A stretch of 64,000 nt of DNA from Candidatus Dormiibacterota bacterium. GTDB lineage: Bacteria > Chloroflexota > Dormibacteria > Aeolococcales > Aeolococcaceae. How positions within the stretch are numbered: the stretch's first letter is position 1; every line of letters begins with the position of its first letter. The DNA lies in the NCBI GenBank assembly GCA_963757475.1, contig CAVWRW010000014.1, forward strand, positions 131,631-195,630, read 5' to 3'. The notes beneath the pieces were generated by a model, which saw nothing but the letters and a program-made list of their open reading frames with translations, was not told where the DNA came from and searched no databases. This document shows positions 56,498 to 64,000 of this stretch, in pieces. The translations under genes and the position numbers were made by a program.

Positions 56498-58351
56498 TCA
56501 GACAGCCGCCCGGTGCAGGACCTCTGGTGTGGTTGCGATCACCGGCGTTCGTGCGCTCTCATCGAAGATGACGAACCGGTTCTTGCCCTGCCGCTTGGCG
56601 AGATACATCGCCATGTCGGCGCGACGCATGAGCTCCTCGGGTTCGGGCGCATCGGCAGGATCGTCGACGACCGCGACGCCGACGCTTGCCCCGATTGTGA
56701 CCATGGCATCGCCCATGGGGATCGGGCGCCGGAGCGTCTCGATGATCCGCTCGGCGACAACGGATGCGTCGGACTTGTGGCGCATGCCGTCGAGCAGCAT
56801 GCCGAACTCGTCGCCGCCGAGGCGTGCGGCCATGTCGAGCTTGCGTACCTGCACCCGCAGGCGCGCGGCGACAGCGCTGAGCACCTGGTCGCCGACTGCG
56901 TGCCCGAAGTTGTCGTTGATCTCCTTGAAGCCATCGAGATCGATGAACATGACGGCAATCGGGCGCCGCGTCGAGTCGAGCTGGGAGAGGGACGTCGTGA
57001 CCGTTTCGATGAAGAGCGAGCGATTCGCAATCTGCGTGAGCGGATCGTAGAAGGCACGCCGTGCGAGCTCGGCCTTCTCGAGCGACATCGCGAGTATCGC
57101 CTCAGCGAGCTGGCCGTTCTCGAGCGCGACGCTGATCAGCCCCGCGACCGTCGTCAGCAGGCTCTGCTCGTGGCGGCCGAGTGTCGCTCCGCCGCGCGTC
57201 GGGTCGAGAAGCAGGAGCATGCCCTGCGGTCCCTCGCGGCCGCGCAGCACCACCACCGTTCCGGCATGCGCGTTGCGCTCGGCAAGCGCCAGGCCGAGGG
57301 ACTGATCGTTCGTGAGCGGCCCGGTGAGGATCGTCTCAGACCGGAGCTCGTTGAGCACCTCCTGTTCGGCGAAGGTCAGCTCGGACGTCGAGACGACCGC
57401 ATGGTCGTCGTCACCGATCGACGTGAAGCGCACAGCCGGGCCGCGAACCTCCGGGATGACAACGAGCTGCGCGCGAGCGACGCCGAACATCTCGGTGATG
57501 CCGTTGAGCAGCTCGCCGGCGCGCTCGCCCATCTGCCGGGTCGAGTGCAGGATCTCGGTCGTGCGATAGAGAAACTCGTTGCGGTCGGCGCGGCGCTGGC
57601 TTTCGCTCGCTGCGATCTGTCCGGCGAGGACGAGGATCGCCGGTGGCACGAGCGCGAACGCGAGCCAGGGCGATGTGGTGAGGATCATGAGCGCGACGAT
57701 CCCGAGGCAGGCGTTCGTGGTGCACGCGGCGACCTGGAAGAGGTACGCGCGGCTCACCTCGCCGAGCCGGATCCGGCCCTGCGCAAGCGTGGTGCCGACA
57801 TTGAGCGCGATCGGATAGACGAACCAACCGGCGACCACCATCGCGACGGCGAACGCGACGATGCTGCGCAACGCGAGCGGGTTGTGCGGATCGGGTCCGA
57901 CGGCGTTGAAGACGAGGACGGTGACGCCGATGTAGAGGACGTCGAGCATCGCGTTGGCGAAGTCCTTCACCAGGTTGATGCGCCGCCGGGTCCAGCTCGC
58001 GAGCAGCACCCCCGCGACGAAGCAGGCGAGCAACTGGTGAGGGTCGATGAGGAAGAGGCCCATCGCCAGCGGAATCTCGGTCAGCGAGAGATACGACGCC
58101 TCGCGGTGCACGCGCACCTGTACGAAGAGGAGGCTCGTGCCGTAGCAGGTCGCGAGCTCGACCCACCAGGGGATGGCGCCTATGAGGCTCGTGCGCTGCA
58201 CGTTGTGCAAGGGGAGGAGCCAGAGCGCGGCGCCGATCAGGCCGAGGAGGACCGAGAACGCCACGAGCCGCTGCGGGCCGTTGAGCCTCCCGATCCGCGC
58301 CCGAGCGCGCGTCACGAAGAGCGGTTGGCGCGCAACAGAGATATCGCTCAT
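56498..58351 (-). CDS. diguanylate cyclase: polytopic membrane N-terminus + GAF-like + GGDEF
   Basis: DPLTQIANRSLF...FIDLDGFKEINDNFGHAVGD...ARLGGDEFGMLL. The 617 aa ORF is intact. Confidence 0.9.
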   Translation of the reverse strand: MSDISVARQPLFVTRARARIGRLNGPQRLVAFSVLLGLIGAALWLLPLHNVQRTSLIGAIPWWVELATCYGTSLLFVQVRVHREASYLSLTEIPLAMGLFLIDPHQLLACFVAGVLLASWTRRRINLVKDFANAMLDVLYIGVTVLVFNAVGPDPHNPLALRSIVAFAVAMVVAGWFVYPIALNVGTTLAQGRIRLGEVSRAYLFQVAACTTNACLGIVALMILTTSPWLAFALVPPAILVLAGQIAASESQRRADRNEFLYRTTEILHSTRQMGERAGELLNGITEMFGVARAQLVVIPEVRGPAVRFTSIGDDDHAVVSTSELTFAEQEVLNELRSETILTGPLTNDQSLGLALAERNAHAGTVVVLRGREGPQGMLLLLDPTRGGATLGRHEQSLLTTVAGLISVALENGQLAEAILAMSLEKAELARRAFYDPLTQIANRSLFIETVTTSLSQLDSTRRPIAVMFIDLDGFKEINDNFGHAVGDQVLSAVAARLRVQVRKLDMAARLGGDEFGMLLDGMRHKSDASVVAERIIETLRRPIPMGDAMVTIGASVGVAVVDDPADAPEPEELMRRADMAMYLAKRQGKNRFVIFDESARTPVIATTPEVLHRAAV

Positions 58352-58566
58352 CTCACGTCACTGCGCCGCGTTCCCCTGATCAATGTCGACCTCCTGTCGA
58401 TCCACATTCAGGCCCCCGCTGAGTGGCGTCTCGATTGTGTCGCGACATCAGGCCTCGCCCGTCCACGCGAGCGTCACAGCGTGGTAACGCGACCGGAACG
58501 GAAATATCAAATGTGAATTTGGCGTTGGTCCGCAAGGTGTCCCGCGCCGTCACATAGCGTCGTGAC

Positions 58567-59037
58567 ATGACCATTTCAGACGACCGTTCCGCCAGCGTCA
58601 CCCCGCCCACACCGCCGCCTTCGTTCGTCCGCCGGCACCCCATCCTTGCCGCGTTCGGCGTGCTCTCCGGCCTCTCGCTGTTCTCGGCACTGTGGCCGGT
58701 CAGCGCGATCGTCGTCAGCGTTGTGATCGCGGCAGATGCGACCGGTCTCGACCGCAAGGCCTGGTCAGTGACCAAGGCTGTTGCCGAGCGCATCGCCACG
58801 GCGGTGCATGCGCGCACGCACGAGGATCCGGCTCCTTCCGCGCCCGCCCCGGTGGCTCCCGCGCCGCCGGCGCCGCAACCGTCACCGCCGCGACGGGACG
58901 TCCACCTGCCGTCGAACGCCGCACGTGTCAGCCGCGAGGCACGGCCTCAGCCAGGGTCGCATCCACCAATTCGGGCGCGTCATCCGCGCAGAGCCGACCA
59001 CCCCGTGGAGACGCGGATCGACGGGCGCGGAATGTGA
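58567..59037 (+). CDS. hypothetical membrane protein with Pro-rich tail
   Basis: One or two TM helices (ILAAFGVLSGLSLFSALWPVSAIVVSVVIAA). The C-terminal half is low complexity, so the model is uncertain. Confidence 0.35.
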   Translation: MTISDDRSASVTPPTPPPSFVRRHPILAAFGVLSGLSLFSALWPVSAIVVSVVIAADATGLDRKAWSVTKAVAERIATAVHARTHEDPAPSAPAPVAPAPPAPQPSPPRRDVHLPSNAARVSREARPQPGSHPPIRARHPRRADHPVETRIDGRGM

Positions 59038-59043
59038 ATGCTG

Positions 59044-60485
<1,442 letters not shown>

Positions 60486-60971
60486 CTAGTGCGGCGCGAA
60501 GAGAACGAGCGTCAGGATCGTCCAGGCAAGCAGGCCGACAATCAGCATCGGCGCGTCCAGGTTGGAGACCACGACGCTCATGACGCGCGGTGAGCCACCA
60601 CCGTGCGCTCCGGCCGTCTCGCTGACGCGCACGACTCCCGGAGGCTTGCCGACGTCGGCCATGCCCCACGGCGGCGGCGGGGCGGGCGGAGTTCCGCGCG
60701 GCGTGATGTGGACTTGCCCATCCTGGCGGCTCAACTTCTCCTCGTAGAGGATGCCGACGATGAGCGCGGTGCCGAGCGCGCCGGTGCCGAGGCCCATCAG
60801 GATCAGGATGATGCCGAGGGCGGCATTGAGGTAGTCGTTGTAGACGTGGCCGCCAAGCAGGTCGAAGATGCCGCCTGCAATCAGCGCCAGTGAGACGAGG
60901 CCGAACCCGAGGACTTTGCCGACGATCTCGCGAACAGGCATGGCGCGAGTATACCGGCGCGCTCCGGTCAC
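60486..60971 (-). CDS. hypothetical integral membrane protein
   Basis: The stop abuts the gltX start. Three or four hydrophobic helices. Confidence 0.55.
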   Translation of the reverse strand: MTGARRYTRAMPVREIVGKVLGFGLVSLALIAGGIFDLLGGHVYNDYLNAALGIILILMGLGTGALGTALIVGILYEEKLSRQDGQVHITPRGTPPAPPPPWGMADVGKPPGVVRVSETAGAHGGGSPRVMSVVVSNLDAPMLIVGLLAWTILTLVLFAPH

Positions 60972-61020
60972 TTCGCAACGCGCGACGGGTTACGCGCCCG
61001 AACCTAAGATTGGCCCTCGC

Positions 61021-61092
61021 GCCCGCATCGTCTAGCGGTTAGGACACCACCCTTTCAAGGTGGTAACCGGGGTTCGACTCCCCGTGCGGGTA
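61021..61092 (+). tRNA. tRNA-Glu (anticodon UUC), CCA not encoded
   Basis: GCCCGCATCGTCTAGCGGTTAGGACACCACCCTTTCAAGGTGGTAACCGGGGTTCGACTCCCCGTGCGGGTA. The anticodon loop is CTTTCAA, with a G1-U72 pair as in the other tRNA-Glu. Confidence 0.9.
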
Positions 61093-61093
61093 G

Positions 61094-61598
61094 CTAGCCG
61101 GCCTCGCGCCGGAGCGAGATCCATAGGTCCGGCTTGACGAATGCCGCCACCAGCAGTGGCCAGACCCTCGGACTGTTGCAAAGGAAGGTGACGACCTCCC
61201 CGGACGCGGCGTCGAACGAACGCTCGGCGCTGCGGTGTCTGCCCGAACTCGAGCCGGAACATGTGGTGCCCCGGCTCCACCGCGACCTCGACGGTCTCCT
61301 TGTCGGCGATCGATCCCACCACGGCGCGGTCGATCACGATGTTCCACTGCTCGCTATGGGCAGCAAGGCCCCAGGTCCGAACCAGCAGCAGCGTCGCGTC
61401 GCTCGTTGCTCGCTCACGCTGATGCTGGCTGACAGCAGCCGCGACAGCACGGGCGTCGCCACCGCCGACTCGACCCCCAAGGCGCAAGAGGAAGTAACCG
61501 ATGAGCGCCACCACGACGACGACGCCGATGACGATCTGGACGACGTGGTTGCCCGAGCCACCCAGGAGGCCTGCCACGATCAGTCTTCCGTCACGCAT
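61094..61598 (-). CDS. hypothetical membrane-anchored protein, frameshift near 61215
   Basis: MRDGRLIVAGLLGGSGNHVVQIVIGVVVVVALIGYFLL... continues as SAERSFDAASGEVVTFLCNSPRVWPLLVAAFVKPDLWISLRREAG in another frame. TAG at 61094-61096. Confidence 0.45.
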
Positions 61599-62412
61599 TG
61601 TCGGTACCTCCAGCGCGGGGTATCCGTCGAATCGCGCCGGCGGGTGGGATCGGACCGCCACCGCTCCGCGTCCGCCGAGCCGACGCGCCCGTGATGAGCC
61701 GCTCGCGGTCGAAGAGAGACGACACGACGCGAAACAGAATGATGTCGGCAACGAGCAGGACGACCGCGAACACCACCGCGAGCGTCACGCTCGGAGTGAA
61801 GACATTGAACGACACCAACGCCACCACGGCGAGCGGTGGAATGCTCGACAGCGTCCCCAACTGTTGCGCGACGCGAACGTCGCTCGCTCGCGTCGATATT
61901 CCGATGCCTACCCAGATCGACCAGCCCGCCAGGAGTGGTGCGAAGAGGATCTCCGCCACGATATGCGGACCTTGCCCCAACGCTGAAATCACAGCCGGGT
62001 TGCTCGCGAAGAGACGAGCGCAGACCTGGATGATGGCAAAGAGCACGTACGCGACCCCCACCGCAGGAACGACAACACCGAGCGCTTTGCCGAGGAGCAG
62101 CTCATCGCGGCGCAGCGGGGTTGTCAGCAGGGGCTCGAGGGTGCCCTGCTCGCGCTCGCCGACGACCGAGTACGCAGCGATGACAGCCGGCAGCAGGGCA
62201 GGCGCGATCAGCAATACGAGAAAGGTGCCGCTGACTGCCGCGTCCACTTTGCTCGCCGGGATCGATGGCCCGAGGCGAAAGATGGTGAGGAGCGGCTCAA
62301 CGAGGAACACGAGCGGGGCCAGCGCCATCGTCCCGATGATGAACGGGCTGCGGCGGTATTCACGGAGCTCCTTGAGCAGCACCGCACCCAAACGTCCGAA
62401 ACTGAACTTCAT
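61591..62412 (-). CDS. ABC-2 type permease
   Basis: LLKELREYRRSPFIIG and EREQGTLEPLLTTPL motifs; six TM helices. Confidence 0.8.
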   Translation of the reverse strand: MKFSFGRLGAVLLKELREYRRSPFIIGTMALAPLVFLVEPLLTIFRLGPSIPASKVDAAVSGTFLVLLIAPALLPAVIAAYSVVGEREQGTLEPLLTTPLRRDELLLGKALGVVVPAVGVAYVLFAIIQVCARLFASNPAVISALGQGPHIVAEILFAPLLAGWSIWVGIGISTRASDVRVAQQLGTLSSIPPLAVVALVSFNVFTPSVTLAVVFAVVLLVADIILFRVVSSLFDRERLITGASARRTRSGGGPIPPAGAIRRIPRAGGTDNA

Positions 62413-63380
62413 CGTTTCACTGCCTCGGTGTCCTCTTCGATCAACTGCAGATAGACGTCCTCGAGGGAATGGCGCAACTCGCTGATCGAGACCACGTCGG
62501 CACGGGCGGCAACGAGGGCCCGGGTCACTTGGGGAGCGACATTTCTCGGATCGGCGACGGTGAGCACGTAGCTGCTCGCGCCGTCGGGCCGCCAGCTTTC
62601 GACGCCGTCGGTGCTGTTGAAAACATCATCCGGCGCAGCGATCGGTGTCAACGTCTCGACGACGAGCGACCGAGTGAAGAGCCGCTCACGGAGCTCGTCG
62701 GGCCGGCCCACCAAGCGGAGCGTGGTGTTGAGGATGGCGACGCGATCGCACAGCCGCTCCGCCTCCTCGAGCCGGTGAGTCGTGAGAAACACAGTGACCC
62801 CGCGCTGGCGCAAACCGTTGATGAGGTCGTTCACCTCGCGCGTTGCCACGGGATCCAGCCCGGACGTCGGCTCATCGAGGAACATGACCGCGGGGTCGTT
62901 GAGCAGTGCGCGTGCCAACCCGACACGCTGCAGGAGCCCCTTCGACAGACTGCCGCAGAGGTCGTGAGCTCGCGCGCTGAGGTTGACCGCCTCGAGCGCC
63001 TCTCCGATGCGAACCGCCGCGTTGTGCTGCTGATAAAGACCTGCGAAGAGCTGCAGGTTCTCGGTCACCGTGAGGCGTCGGTACAGGCCCGGGTTCTCCG
63101 GCATGATCGCGATGCGCTGACGGATTTCCGGGCCGTTATCCGGCGTCAATGGAATGCCGGCGACGCTTGCCGAGCCTGACGTCGGCGCGATGAGGGTCCC
63201 GAGTGTGCGAACCGTGGTCGTCTTCCCCGCGCCATTGGGTCCCAGGAATCCAAACACCTCGCCCTGCGCCACAGAAAACGAGACGTCATCAAAAGCGGTG
63301 CGGTTGCCGAATCGCTTGCCGAGGTGGTCGACGACCAGTGCCGGCGGCTTCGCGGTCGGTTGCGCTTCAGCCGCCATAGC
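62409..63380 (-). CDS. ABC transporter ATP-binding protein
   Basis: GPNGAGKTTT, LSKGLLQRVGLA, VMFLDEPTSGLD. ATGA overlap with the permease gene. Confidence 0.9.
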   Translation of the reverse strand, partial: AMAAEAQPTAKPPALVVDHLGKRFGNRTAFDDVSFSVAQGEVFGFLGPNGAGKTTTVRTLGTLIAPTSGSASVAGIPLTPDNGPEIRQRIAIMPENPGLYRRLTVTENLQLFAGLYQQHNAAVRIGEALEAVNLSARAHDLCGSLSKGLLQRVGLARALLNDPAVMFLDEPTSGLDPVATREVNDLINGLRQRGVTVFLTTHRLEEAERLCDRVAILNTTLRLVGRPDELRERLFTRSLVVETLTPIAAPDDVFNSTDGVESWRPDGASSYVLTVADPRNVAPQVTRALVAARADVVSISELRHSLEDVYLQLIEEDTEAVKR

Positions 63381-63646
63381 GTAGTGATACACCACTCAAG
63401 GATTGACGGCTCCAACTTGCCACTTGAAACCTTTGGCGCGATCGATGATACTGAGGCCCACGGGCGCAGGGCCGCCGGAAGGGATGGGTGCAAGGGGGGT
63501 GTGGATGGCGACGATGCCGAGTCAGGTTCAGCGTCGTCATCGCACGCGTGGTTGGGCAATCCACGGGGTGACCCTGGTGTGCATCGTGCTGGTCATCGTC
63601 GTCGCCCAGGTCGTCGGCCACGAAGCGGGCGACCTCGTCGCAAAGA

Positions 63647-64000
63647 TCAACCAGGGTCTCGCCCGCTAGGCGCGACGTCGCCGCCGCCCTGCTGCCGAAG
63701 TGGCGGCGCAGCGACCTCACTGTGAAACTGGCCTTCGAGCGCTGGGCTCGACGACGGCGGTGTCTTTGGATTGCGGATCGTCGCCGCGGCGAACACACCG
63801 GCCGCGGCGCAGATCACCGCCGCGATCAAGACCGCCCGTTGAAACCCTGATTCGAAAACGGCGGGGTGCAGATAGCTGTCGCCGGTAATCCCGGCGAGCG
63901 CCGGAAGGCACGCCACGGCGAGGAGACTGCCCGTGCGTGCGACCGTATTGTTGACGGCGGACGCCATGCCAGTGCGTTCCGGCGGTGCAGAGGACAGCGC
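63647..64000 (-). CDS. C-terminal end of an MFS-type transporter (5' end beyond window; 3' end uncertain)
   Basis: The frame is open to nt 64000. MASAVNNTVARTGSLLAVACLPALAGI...AVLIAAVICAAAGVFAAATI resembles the last helices of DHA2-type MFS proteins. Confidence 0.45.
   Translation of the reverse strand, partial: ALSSAPPERTGMASAVNNTVARTGSLLAVACLPALAGITGDSYLHPAVFESGFQRAVLIAAVICAAAGVFAAATIRNPKTPPSSSPALEGQFHSEVAAPPLRQQGGGDVAPSGRDPG

Overview
High-GC bacterial chromosomal window. The gene content looks Actinobacteria- or Chloroflexi-like, but the taxon cannot be fixed from sequence alone. It holds roughly 65 protein genes on both strands plus two tRNA-Glu genes.

Confident housekeeping anchors: groEL with CIRCE operator arms, clpB, argS, gltX, galU, coaE, glpD, thiD, queF, a FadD-like acyl-CoA ligase and a FabG-like SDR.

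Accessory content:
- three ABC ATPase / ABC-2 permease pairs
- a MoxR / DUF58 / transglutaminase triad
- an ArsR / SRPBCC pair
- a sigma / anti-sigma pair
- a GGDEF cyclase
- an MgtE_N-CBS protein next to an NRAMP transporter
- an RHH / DUF4097 / ABC operon
- a yhhQ-queF queuosine pair

Two stretches deserve a second look.
- nt 1-4942: an edge-truncated operon encoding an SMC/Rad50-like ABC ATPase, a small helical protein, a coiled-coil PD-(D/E)xK-fold protein and a YbjN-like protein. It converges on an ADP-ribosylglycohydrolase-CX5R phosphatase fusion.
- nt 47.4-50.9 kb: no clean ORF model exists, but an OmpR-like response regulator, a GHKL ATPase and two unknown proteins can be pieced together across reading frames.

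The dominant technical feature is a very high load of single-base frameshifts, mostly +1. They cluster at 7.0-8.2, 23.6-24.2, 44.4-44.9 and 47.4-56 kb and hit essential genes (clpB, gltX). Assembly error must be excluded before calling pseudogenes.

No rRNA, CRISPR array, transposase or integrase was recognised. All family names come from motif recognition by eye; no database search was run.
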